Shown one piece after another: positions 24,767-35,955 of a stretch of DNA of 64,000 nt. The position numbers and the translations under genes are program-made. The stretch comes from Heteronotia binoei (taxonomy: Eukaryota): assembly GCF_032191835.1 (NCBI RefSeq), contig NC_083235.1:18228001-18292000 (forward strand), read 5' to 3'. Position 1 is the stretch's first letter. Each line of letters begins with the position of its first letter. The notes beneath the pieces were generated by a model, which saw only the letters and a list, made by a program, of their open reading frames with translations, made no database searches and was not told the DNA's origin.

Positions 24767-25053
24767 GGGCGTTTTCGCACTTACCTTTTACTGGCTCGAC
24801 CACCCTCCTCACGCCGGCGGATCTGCAGGGATTTCGCACCAGAAGCGCCGGCGCAGCCAAAAGAGCCGGCAACTTCCGTCGTGGAGCCAGCTCAAACGTT
24901 TTCCTGCTTCTTGGCGGTTTCCGTTTGAGCTGGCTCCGCGACGGAAGTTGCCGGCTCTTTTGGCTGCGCCGGCGCTTCTGGTGCAAAATCCCTGCAGATC
25001 CGCCGGCGTGAGGAGGGTGGTCGAGCCAGTAAAAGGTAAGTGCGAAAACGCCC
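24767..25053. mobile_element. PIF/Harbinger-like palindromic MITE
   Basis: TIR GGGCGTTTTCGCAC; arms of ~130 bp; 3-bp TSD AGA restores the CR1 3' UTR seen at 50215-50245. Confidence 0.82.
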
Positions 25054-25804
25054 AGAGAGTTCCATCAATAACCTGTGGCTAATAGCCCTGATGGACCTCT
25101 GCTCCATATGTTTATCAAATCCTCTCTTGAAGCTGTCTATGCTTGTAGCTGCCACCACCTCCTGTGGCAGTGAATTCCATGTGTTTATCACCCTTTGGCT
25201 GAAGAAATACTGGTACATGTTGTAACCCAACTGCGGCATTCTAACCCGACTGCTCTGCAATTTCATTGAGTGTCCACAAATTCTTGTATTGTGAGAAAGG
25301 GAGAAAAGTACTTCTTTCTCTGCTTTCTCTATCCCATGCATAATCTTTTAAACTTCTACAATGTCATCCCTCAGTTGACGTTTCTCCAAGCTAAAGAGCC
25401 CCAAGAGTTCCAGTCCTTTTATCATTTTAGTTGCCCTTTTCTGCACTTTTTCCAATGCCTTAATATCTTTGTTGAGGTGCAGTGACCAGAATTGTACACA
25501 ATACTCCAAACGAGGCCACACCGTCAATTTATACAGGGGCATTATGATACTGGCTGATTTGTTTTCAGTTCCCTTCCTAATAATTCCCAGCCTTTTTATT
25601 ACAGTCGGCCTTTTTATTACAGTCTCACACTGCCTCGACATTTTCAGTGAGTTATCTGCCATGACCCCAAGGTCTCTCACTTGGTCAGTCTCTGCCAGTT
25701 CACACTCCATCAACTTGTATTTGTAGCTGGGATTCTTGGCCCCAATGTGAATTACTTTGCACTTGGGCACATTGAACCTCATCTGACACGTTGACGCCCA
25801 CTCA

Positions 25805-26412
25805 GTACCATTCAGCCAGTATCATAATGCCCCTGTATAAATAGATGGTGCAGTCTCATTTGGAGTACTGTGTGCAGTTCTGGTCGCCGCACCTCAAAAA
25901 GGATATTATAGCATTGGAGAAAGTCCAGAAAAGGGCAACTAGAATGATTAAAGGGCTGGAACACTTTCCCTATGAAGAAAGGTTGAAACGCTTGGGACTC
26001 TTTAGCTTGGAGAAACGTCGCCTGCGGGGTGACATGATAGAGGTTTACAAGATAATGCATGGGATGGAGAAAGTAGAGAAAGAGGTACTTTTCTCCCTTT
26101 CTTAAAATACAAGAACTCGTGGGCATTCGATGAAATTGCTGAGCGGACAGGTTAAAACGGATAAAAGGAAGTACTTCTTCACCCAAAGGGTGATTAACAT
26201 GTGGAATTCACTGCCACAGGAGGTGGTGGCGGCCACAAGCATGGCCACCTTCAAGAGGGGTTTAGATAAAAATATGGAGCAGAGGTCCATCGGTTGCTAT
26301 TAGCCACAGTGTGTGTGTATATATATATAAAAATTCTTTTGGCCACTGTGTGACACAGAGTGTTGGACTGGATGGGCCATTGGCCTGATCCAACATGGCT
26401 TCTCTTATGTTC
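25805..26412 (+). mobile_element. 5'-truncated CR1 nested in opposite orientation
   Basis: ORF 25845-26105 is the CR1 C-terminus; 3' UTR ends CTCTTATGTTC; possible short TSD ACTCA/ATTCA. Confidence 0.88.
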
Positions 26413-27039
26413 ATTCACCCAGCCTCAACAGATCCTTTTGGAGTGCCTCACAATCCTCTCTGGTTCTCACCACCCTGAACAATTTAGTGTCATCTGCAAA
26501 CTTGGCCACTTCACTGCTTACTCCCAACTCCAAATCATTTATGAACAAGTTAAAGAGCATGGGACCCAGTACTGAGCCCTGCAGCACCCCACTGCTTACC
26601 ATCCTCCACTGCGAAGACTGCCCATTTATACTCACTCTCTGCTTCCTATTAATTAGCCAGTTCTTGATCCACAAGAAGACCTGTCCTTTTACTCCATGAC
26701 TCTCGAGCTTACAAGGAGCCTTTGATGAGGAACTTTATCAAAAGCTTTCTGGAAGTCAAGGTAAACAACATCTAAATATCATTATTACTTCATCCTTTTA
26801 AACTGGAGATGCTAAGGACTGAACCTATGATCTTCAGAGTGCTAAGCAGATGCTTACCAGTGAGCCACAGCCCCTCACTGAGAGTGTTGGATTAGGCGCT
26901 AGGAAATTTGGGTTAAAATCTCCACTCTGTCATAAAGCTGACTTGGTGACCTGGGGCCAGTCACATATTATCAGCCTAAAGTACCTCACACGAGGTGGGC
27001 AGAAAACCTTTACAGTAACCAAGGCCTTTTGCTTGTTTG

Positions 27040-28080
27040 TAAGCATCAGACCCGAACCAGTTCAAATTAAACTTGGACATTTCCCCTTTTTTCTATGTTA
27101 TTTTGCATCACACCAAAGAGAAAAGTGACCTGAGAATGTTTCAATAGACTGGTCATGTTCCATTGTGCACTGTGGGTTTCATCACTGTTGCCACCATTTT
27201 CCTGTCAGGTTGTTCTAGTCCCTGGAGTTCTAGGAAGACCTGGTGGGATGCAGCCAAACACTTACAATTCCCTGAGCAATGGAGTTTCTTTAAACAAAAA
27301 GCAGAATCACTCTGAAGCAACTAAGAGATCTTCATTACTAAGAACTGAGACTGCTTATTGTGAAATAGCTTAAAGATGAGCTCTGCTCTTAAAATCTTCC
27401 AGCAAAACTCAGTTCCGTGGAGGGGGCTTGCATTCCCCATTTTCTCATTTTTTTCACCCTGAGGACATTCTTATTTTCAGATGCTGTTTTGAAGCAGAGA
27501 TGGAATATAGCATCTGGGGGAAAAAGTTACATCCAAGTTTCTCTACCTGGAGACAAGCTTCAAAAGGTTCAAACCATTCTACTTCTTCCAACCCAGGTGA
27601 GTGTGTATAGTAAGGGTCAAGCTTACTTGTAACACAAGGAGGGTGAAGAAGATCTTTGAGGAATCCATCTTCAGAAGTTTAGTCCCCATCTGCCTCCTGT
27701 ACTCTGCCTTACACTGAATCCATCCATCCGTCCATCAAAGTCAATATAGACAAAATCAGTATAGTGGCCTAAGGACTCAGGTAGAGGTTTTTCAAGTCAA
27801 TACTATCTCATCCTTTTAACTGGAGATGCTAGGGACTGAACCCAAGGTCTTCTGCATGCCAAGCAGAGCTCTACCAGTGAGCCACAGCCCCTCACTGAGA
27901 GTGTTGGAATAGGAGCTAGGAAATTTGGGTTCAAATCTCCACTCTGTCATGAAGCTGAATAGGTGACGTGGGGTATGTCACTTTTTCTCAGCCAAAAGTA
28001 CCTTACAGGATTCTTGTGAGGAAACAATGAGGATGGGAGAACAATGAATGCCTCTCTGAACTCTTGGGTGGAAAGGGAGA
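27040..28080 (+). repeat. OR cassette block A, copy 3
   Basis: Homology to the other copies. Confidence 0.85.
27481..27596 (+). other. Putative non-coding 5' UTR exon of the OR at 30691
   Basis: TTTTCAG| acceptor and CAG|GTGAGT donor; same sites in three other cassettes. Confidence 0.5.
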
Positions 28081-29494
28081 TATAATTTACTGATAGATTC
28101 CGAGTGTAACCCAAATCTACACCCTTCTAAGCCTTAAAGATGGCCAGCTGTGTTAGTATGTCTGTGGCAGCAGAAAAGAGTAAGAGTTCAGAAGGACTTT
28201 AAAGACTGACAAAAATTTGTGGTAGGGTGGAGCGGTGACTCACAAAAGCTCATACAAATACTACAATTTTTTTTAGTCTTTGGTGCTACGGGAATCAACC
28301 CCTTTCCTGCTACTGTCTATTGAATGCCTTCCTTCCTTTCAAGCTTCCTTGAACCAGTGATCTTGAGCAATGAAAAAAGAGCATTTATTTATTTAAGGAA
28401 AATACACATTCAGTGTTATCCTTTGATCTCCATCCACCAACAGATAAGGGACTATATTATCCTTCTATAAATTAGAAGGCAATTTTGTTAAAATTGGGGC
28501 AATCCATAACTCCTGATGGAAATTGTAATAGGCATTCCAGTATCATGTGGGGCAAGGGTGTCAACTCTTTTCAGTTGGCAAAGCTTTTCTGAATAAGGCA
28601 AATTACCATATCTCCCGTATAGGCAGCTGAAAGAGCTGTGTTCAAATGAGCATAAATGACCTACAGTAATGAGGGTAGGGTGGTTAGAGATGGAGAAATG
28701 CCTCCAAACTGGGTAGGGCATATTCTTCAAACTCAAATAGCTGAAGTAAAGTGATCTAGATCTTGTATATATAGTATAGTTAGTAAATATTTGTGTTTTC
28801 CAAGGCTCATGTCATCCTTCACTAGGCCAAATAATTTCTTGTCTATTTCTTGTATCCAGCAGGAACAGAACTGGTCTATTGAATTCAATGGTTTAGTAGG
28901 GTGTAACTCTGCTTAGAATGGCTTTGTAAACGTTCCATCCTAAAGATGCTCTTCCAAGTCCACTGACTTCAATTCTATGCAAAGTAACTCTAGTCTAAAT
29001 CTCCTGGAATCAATAGGCTCAACGTGGAGTAACTCTGTTTAAGATTATCCAGCAAGTGCTATAACCAGAGAGGTATAATACAAAATTAAAAAGAAGTTTG
29101 ATCACAATACCGAGTTCTGATGTCCTTTGTAAAACCAAGAATGCAAAGATTATCTTTTAAAGAGAATGGATTACATTTCCCTATTAGCTAAAAGTAGATG
29201 TGAGGAGACAGTTGCTAGCTGTATCTGCCCATATGACAACTGTCTTTCACCCCCATCCAGTTGTGTTGGGGGTAATGAGCTCTTTCAGAGAACTTGCACA
29301 GGAGAAAAGTATTAACCCCTCTCTACCAAGAATGCCCACTGCCTTTTTATTATTAATTTATTGTTTATAAAATTGTCAGGAGATCTTATTAGGGATTTCT
29401 CAGTTGACATATAATTTAGTGATGTTGCTAGGTCCAGGCGGGTAGCCATGTTAATCTGAAGCAGCAGAAGAAAGTTAGAGTTCGGTGGCACATT

Positions 29495-29640
29495 GAAGAA
29501 GAAGAAGAAGATTTATACCCCGCCCTTCTCTCTGAATCAGAGTCTCAGAGCAGCTTATACTCTCCTTTATCTTCTTCCCCCACAACAGACACCCTGTAAG
29601 GTGGGTGCGACTGAGAGAGCTCTCCCAGAATCTGCCCTTA
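29495..29640 (-). mobile_element. Truncated tRNA/L2-tail SINE
   Basis: (GAA)n tail and 3' half of the family at 18461. Confidence 0.78.
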
Positions 29641-30690
29641 TTAAGACCAGCAAAGTGTTTTTTAATAAAAACAAACAAATAAATAATGCATTAATAATAC
29701 TCTCCAAACTCATATAAAATAATGAAAAAAATAAGATAAGTAATAACACTTTGTTGGTCTTAATGGTGCCACTGGACTCTAACTTTGTTGTATTGGTGGT
29801 CTTGCATTAGCTACAAATGATATCTTACATTATAGCAACTCTTCTTTTATTATATGGATGCCAAACTGCTCTTGCAAAGCCCAGTTTATTTAACTAATAG
29901 ATGCAGTACTCATGGATTCATCACAGGAAGAATGCATAGGACTTAAGTGAACAGTGCAGTCTGTGAGTGATCTGCTATTTCTGAAGGATGATGAAACTGA
30001 TATTGGTAAGAAGGAGAGAATCAAAGATTATTTCAGTAACGTGTTCTGAGCATCCCGCAATGTTAGAGCAAAACCCAATAACTTTGGGTATACAATCTCG
30101 GACTTATGCATATGTGAGTGATGATAGTCATAAAAGGTAATAAAAGTTGCCTGCCAATTGGTGTTTCTGCAAGTCTAGGTAAATTACAAAAGGACATGTA
30201 TTTCCTAGTTGTTGTCCACCTAATTTACTTCTCAACATCAATCTGTACTGAGAGTTAGAGCATAAGACTGCAACTAAGCATGACAGCGAGAAGCAACTGT
30301 TTAGGTTTTCAAATTTTATTATAGCCAAAGGAAAGTTTATTTTAGTTGTTGGCCTGCAAGAATACAAAGAACTTGTGATACAGAATGCAATATACACTCT
30401 GTGAAATCATATATTCCAGATATTCCGGCTTGCCTACAACTAAGAGAAGTGTGACTTTTACTCTAATAAAATTTGAAACCCTGAACAAGAAAAGAAACAA
30501 GCAAACTCTGGTCTTTTCCTTTATAGCTTTATTCTTCTTGTAACTTGGTCTGACACAAGCTAGACTTACGACTGTTAACCAGTGAGTGTTCTCTTTGTTC
30601 TCCAGCTACCCATTTTCTTCAGTTCACAGCCTGAACATTAAAACAGTCCCTTCAGACAACTTCTTGCCCAGTGGAGAAGATGTGAAGCAG

Positions 30691-31629
30691 ATGATGAATA
30701 ACAACAGTGAGATAATGGTGACTGAGTTCATTTTGCTTGGTCTCTCAAACCATCCTGTGGCTCAAGCCATCTTCTTCTGGATTGTTCTGGTTATCTACCT
30801 TATCAACTTGCTGGGGAATGGCCTGATGGTTATACTGATCATAACTGACTCCCACCTCCATACCCCCATGTACTTTTTCCTCAGCAACCTCTCCTTCCTA
30901 GACATTTGCTACACCAGCAGCAGTGTCCCTCAGGCCTTGGTTACCTGCACCACAGAGAGAACCACCATTTCCTTCATGGGCTGCATGGCCCAGCTATACA
31001 TCGGCCTGTATTTAGGCACCACGGAGTGTGTCCTTCTGGCTGTCATGGCGTATGACCGTTTTGTGGCCATATGCAGCCCTTTACACTACATGGTGATCAT
31101 GAGTTGGAAAGTCTGTGTCCAAATGGTCATTGGAGCTTGGGGTGCTAGCCTTATGCTGACCCTCATCCCAATAGTCACAGGGTCTAAACAGTTTTGCGGC
31201 TCTAATATCATCAACCATTTCACTTGTGAGATCCAAACAGTTGGCAGGCTGACCTGTGGTGAGTCACACTTCATTGATGTTGTATCTTTTATCAGCGGCG
31301 CAGTGGCCCTTATTGTACCATTTACTTTTATCTTGGTGACGTATTTGAGAATTGGCCTGGCAGTTTGGCAGATCCATTCTGACCAGGGCTGGAGCAAGGC
31401 TCTTTCTACCTGTAGCTCTCACCTCACCGTTGTTGGCATCTTCTATGGTTCAGCCATGTCCATGTACCTTCAACCAAAATCCAAATATACCTCTGACAAG
31501 GACAAGATGGTCTCTGTTTTCTATGGAGCTGTGACTCCTATGCTCAACCCTCTGATATATAGTTTGAGGAACAAGGATGTGAAACGGGCACTTCAGAAAT
31601 TCTTTGGAGGGAAAGGATTCAGATATTAA
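30691..31629 (+). CDS. Olfactory receptor, class II, 312 aa, intact
   Basis: LHTPMYFFLSNLS, MAYDRFVAIC, KALSTCSSHL, PMLNPLIYSLRNKDV; no disruptions. Confidence 0.95.
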   Translation: MMNNNSEIMVTEFILLGLSNHPVAQAIFFWIVLVIYLINLLGNGLMVILIITDSHLHTPMYFFLSNLSFLDICYTSSSVPQALVTCTTERTTISFMGCMAQLYIGLYLGTTECVLLAVMAYDRFVAICSPLHYMVIMSWKVCVQMVIGAWGASLMLTLIPIVTGSKQFCGSNIINHFTCEIQTVGRLTCGESHFIDVVSFISGAVALIVPFTFILVTYLRIGLAVWQIHSDQGWSKALSTCSSHLTVVGIFYGSAMSMYLQPKSKYTSDKDKMVSVFYGAVTPMLNPLIYSLRNKDVKRALQKFFGGKGFRY

Positions 31630-31849
31630 ATGGACTTCATCATTTGTCTCCGTCTCTCTACCAGTCTTCATATATCACTTCATTTTTTATAATGAATACT
31701 GTTAAAATGCTGACCAATGGAATCTTCATTTTTAAAACGTTTGTATGAGTTGGTTTCCCATTAGGAGGAGAAGCAGGATATTATTTGTTGGTGTTGTTCT
31801 TATTGATAAAAGCATGCTCTGGAGGCTAACATGTCGGGAATCTTCAAAG

Positions 31850-32159
31850 GAAAGGAAAGGAAAGGAAAGGTCCCCTGTGCAAGCATCAGTCATTTCCGAC
31901 TCTGGGGTGACGTTGCTTTCACGTTTTCACGACAGACTTTTTACGGGGTGGTTTGCCATTGCCTTCCCCAGTCTTTTATACTTTCCCCCCAGCAAGCTGG
32001 GTGCTCATGTTACCGACCTCAGAAGGATGGAAGGCTGAGTCAACCTTGGGCCGGCTACCTGAACCAGCTTTCGCTGGGAGAGAACTCAGGTCATGATCAG
32101 AGAGTTCAGATCACAATACTGCAGTACTGCTGCTTTACCACTCTGTGCCATGGGGCCAC
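31850..32159 (-). mobile_element. Sauria-type SINE
   Basis: GGAAGGCTGAGTCAACC core; (AAAGG)n tail; 11-bp TSD AATCTTCAAAG. Confidence 0.85.
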
Positions 32160-32296
32160 AATCTTCAAAGACTCAGGTTCAAATAAGCTGCCATTGTATT
32201 GCTCTTTTAATTTAATGTCAGTCACTCTCTCCTATCCTAACCTACTTCACAGAGCTGCTGAGGGAATAAAGTGAAGTTGGAACAAATTATGTTGGT

Positions 32297-32477
32297 CAGG
32301 GCCTTTTTTGTAGCAGGAACTCCTTTGCATAGTAGCCCACACACCCTGGTGTAGCCAGTCCTCCTGGAGCTTACAGTAGGCCTTGTACCAAGAGCCCTGT
32401 AAGCTCTTGGAGGATTGGCTACATCAAGGGGGTGTGGCCTAATATGCAAAGAAGTTTCTGGTACAAAAAAAGCCCTG
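32297..32477. mobile_element. Palindromic hAT-like MITE
   Basis: TIR CAGGGCCTTTTTTG/CAAAAAAAGCCCTG; TSD 7/8 (ATGTTGGT/ATGCTGGT). Confidence 0.82.
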
Positions 32478-33439
32478 ATGCTGGTCACCCTGACCTCTTA
32501 AGAGCATGGGGCCAGAGTAGTGTAGAAGTTAAGAAAGGCAGGCTCAGATCTGGAGAACCTCAGTTGATTCTTGCTACTCCACAATAAGCTTTGTATTTGT
32601 GTCTGGACAAGAACTGATCATTGTAAGGGAAAAAACAAATTATTTGCCTACTAATTCTTCTCCCCCACCCAATAGGACTTATGAAGAGATATGGATGTTT
32701 TTGAGATGAGATTTTCACACAAGGTTTTGTCAGCACTATAGAATTAGAATTTCCCATGCAGTGGCATTTCTCCCTTCCAATCAGATCCTTGCGGAATCAG
32801 GAGTTGAAAGTTCTGAGCCAATCGCCTTTGGAGACAAGCCCTAAAGAAGGAAATGCCACAAAGGAGCCTGTGTCAATCTGTGAGTGCTCACTACTCCATG
32901 AGCAGCTCCAAACTCATGTGAATAACTTCCCACTGGGAGCTCTTTAGGATCAGGAAAAAAATCTGGGGGGGGGGGGGCGGAGAGAGAAAGAATCCCTCTC
33001 TTCCACCAGTGCTATTTCTTCATCAGCAAAATCAGCCTCTGAGCCTTTTAAATCAACATGCCTGGAGATGTGTCTCTGATTAAGAAATAAATACATTGGG
33101 ATCACTGCAGACCACAATGTAAAAAAATACGAAAAATGCCACGTGCAAATTAACTGTACTTGTCCAAATAAATATATAACAAAAGTGTTTCAGTAATTTT
33201 GATTAATAAAGTGCTATAATATAATTCTGCATTTTTATCCAATTTTTCAAATTATCCACATAACTATCACAAAAACATACCATTGTATAATTCCAATACC
33301 AAGTACAACTATATAGATATATAGATGTAGAGTCCTCTGCAGTTCACGCAATCATATTCACATCCACAAGGATGACATAAAACAAAATGTAAAGTCTATA
33401 GAAATCCTTCATCAAAGATAACCTCCTGGAGCCTGCAAA

Positions 33440-33610
33440 GTTGCTGTAAGAGGAAGTCTCACTATCATAGAGGATGGTGTGGAATTGTTTTCTGTGGCCC
33501 CAGAAGGTAGGACCAGAACCAATGGGTTGAAATTAAATCAAAAGAGTTTCCGGCTCAACATTAGGAAGAACTTCCTGACAGAGCGATTCCTCAGCAGAAC
33601 AGGCTTCCTC
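33440..33610 (+). mobile_element. CR1 fragment, second subfamily
   Basis: ELFSVAPEGRTRTNGLKLNQKSFRLNIRKNFLT; same family as 47040-47310. Confidence 0.78.
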
Positions 33611-34393
33611 AGGAGGTCGGGCGTTTGCTCGCTGGGTTCCCGAGAAGAGCCCGGCGTGCAATAGGGGGCAGATCCGGGTGTCTTTAAAAAACTTCCAAGG
33701 GAGCCTCCAAAGAGTGTAGTGGAGGGGGAAAGCAGCCTCACGGTGACGTCACATAGTGATGTCATTGTGGCACGCAAAACTATAAAAAATCAGGGATCTG
33801 GGACGGCGTGGGGGCGTGGTTCAGGGGTCTGTCTCTAGCAGCAGAACCCTTGGTGCTGGCCCTGGTGGCAGGCGCTGTTCACTGCTGCTCAAAGAGAAAT
33901 GAACTCTGTGCAGAGTTTATTTATTTCACTTATTTTATTTATATCCAATTTTTCTCTGGTGACCCAAAGTGAGCATCCAAGTCAGAGCAGGGATTCAAAC
34001 CTGTGTCTCCCAAATTCTAGGCCAGAGGTGGCCAAACTGTGGCTTGAGAGCCACATGTGGCTCTTTCACCCATATTGTGTGGCTCCCGAAGGTCAAGAAG
34101 GAACTTCATGCAGGCTTACTCTCAAGTAAGCTTGCTTAGCATTGGGATTTCAGTCAGCCTCTGAGCACTCACCCATATTCACATGGATGAATATTTCCAC
34201 CATGTGTGAATTGGGGAAGTAGGTCACCACTGCTGTAGAATGATCTTGCTTTGAGCAGAGGGTTGGACTAGTCCCACTGCATCATCCAGGAAACTGGATC
34301 TCAAGCTGAGCACCCCTCACTGTGCTACGTCAGCATGGCAGGGCCATACAGTTCAGTGATGCAAACAATGGGCATTATTAGATCACCCACTGC

Positions 34394-34785
34394 TAGGGTT
34401 GCAAGTCCCCAGCTTCCCAAAGCGGAGGACACTGTCACGCACGGAGCATGCACGCGACACAATGATGTCACCCGGAAGTGACATCGTCAAAATGGCAGTG
34501 CCCATGTGGGGCTGTTCTAGGTGTTTCCGGGAAAACTCTATGGTTTTTCCTGGACGCTCTAGCCATTTGGGAGGTTAAAACTCTATGGTACCTATGCACC
34601 ATAGAGTTTTGACCTCCCAAATAGCTAGAGAGCCCAGGGAAAACCATAGAGTTTTCCTGGAAACGCCTAGAGCGGCCCTGCATGGGTGCCACCATTTTTA
34701 TGACATCATATCCAATGTGGACCGGCGGGTTGGGAACCTCCTGGGCAGGAGAACCCCCACCCAGACCTGGGGATTGGCAGCCCTA
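34394..34785. mobile_element. hAT-like MITE (TAGGGTTGC TIR) with a long internal hairpin
   Basis: Perfect 8-bp TSD CCCACTGC. Confidence 0.87.
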
Positions 34786-35102
34786 CCCACTGCATCATCC
34801 AGAAAACTAGATATCAAGTTGAGCAGCCTTCACTATACTACAAGCCAACAGGATAGGGTCACATTGTTCGGTGATGCAAACAATGGCCATTATTAGATCA
34901 CCCACTGAATCACCCATAAAACTAAATGTCAAGATGAGAAGCCTTCACTGTGCTAGAAATCAGCATGATAGGGCCCTGCAGTGGTGCAAACAATGGGCAT
35001 TATTGGATCACCCACTGCATCATCCAGCCAACTGAATGTCAAGCTGAGCAGCCCTCATTGTGCTACAAACCTGCAGTGTAGGGCCAGGCAGTTCAGTGAT
35101 GC

Positions 35103-35944
35103 TGTGACGGAACCGGCCCGATTCTGCCTTCAGACCCGGTCCCGTCAGCTCCCTATTGAGTCGCCAACTCCTGGAGGGAGCTATTTCTCCTCCTGCCCCT
35201 TGGGCGCGCTGCCACCACCTGCTCAGTCCCGGGGTTCAGATTGAGAGGAACAGGATTCCCAATCCCCCTCTCCAGCTATGAGGCTAGGCCTCCAGGTCCT
35301 CTGCCACCCTGTACTTGGGTTTCACAGAGACCTTAGCGCTTCTTTGGGGCACCCCTGGAGGATTGGCACCTTATCCAACTGCATGCCTTCCCCCCCTTCA
35401 CCTGGGGCCCCCTTTTTAACACAGCGTGGTCTAAAGCGGTTTGGGGATCTATGTGGTACAGAGTTTGACTGCCAGCATTTTAAACAGAAAAAACATATTT
35501 ATTTAAAAGAGAAAAATATAGGGAAAGAAAAACAAAAACAAAAACAGTTGCATCTACAAAATTAGCACAGCACAGCCCAGCCCAGCAAACAGCATGACAA
35601 AGGAAAGGTGTTTATAAACGCTTTCTACTGTCCCTGGTCTAACCTTGTCCTGTCTTGAGAATTACTTACTTGGTCTGCCTGCCTGGGAGCCTCCCAGGCA
35701 GGAGCCTCCATTGCTCACCACATGCTCGATCGAGCCCCAGTTCAAATCTGCCTTCTCTTCCTGCCTAACACATGCAAGGAACAACAGCACTTCCTGCCTC
35801 TCTAGGAGATTTTCCCCCTAGCGTTGTTGGTTTGGCTCTGGAAGGGAGGGGGGGAGTGAGGGGAAGGCTACCCAGCCTGCTGAGGGATTTACTGATCCCT
35901 GCCAAATGAAGCACCACCACTGACTAAAATGGCATTTCTCCACA
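35103..35944 (-). repeat. 3' LTR (842 bp)
   Basis: Direct repeat of 38648-39489; on the minus strand it follows the PPT AAAGAGGGGGA. Confidence 0.95.
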
Positions 35945-35955
35945 CGTCCCCCTCT

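Larger units (their letters stand above)
24581..26772 (-). mobile_element. 5'-truncated CR1 interrupted by a MITE and a second CR1
   Basis: CR1 RT and C-terminal ORF pieces (26411-26674, 25348-25782, 24892-25341) and 3' UTR; host is continuous across both insertions. Confidence 0.88.

Noticed and set aside
33600-33870. GC-rich segment as a CpG-island promoter
   Set aside because: It is short, abuts a CR1 fragment and ends in a hAT-like GCTGGCCCTG; more likely a MITE remnant.
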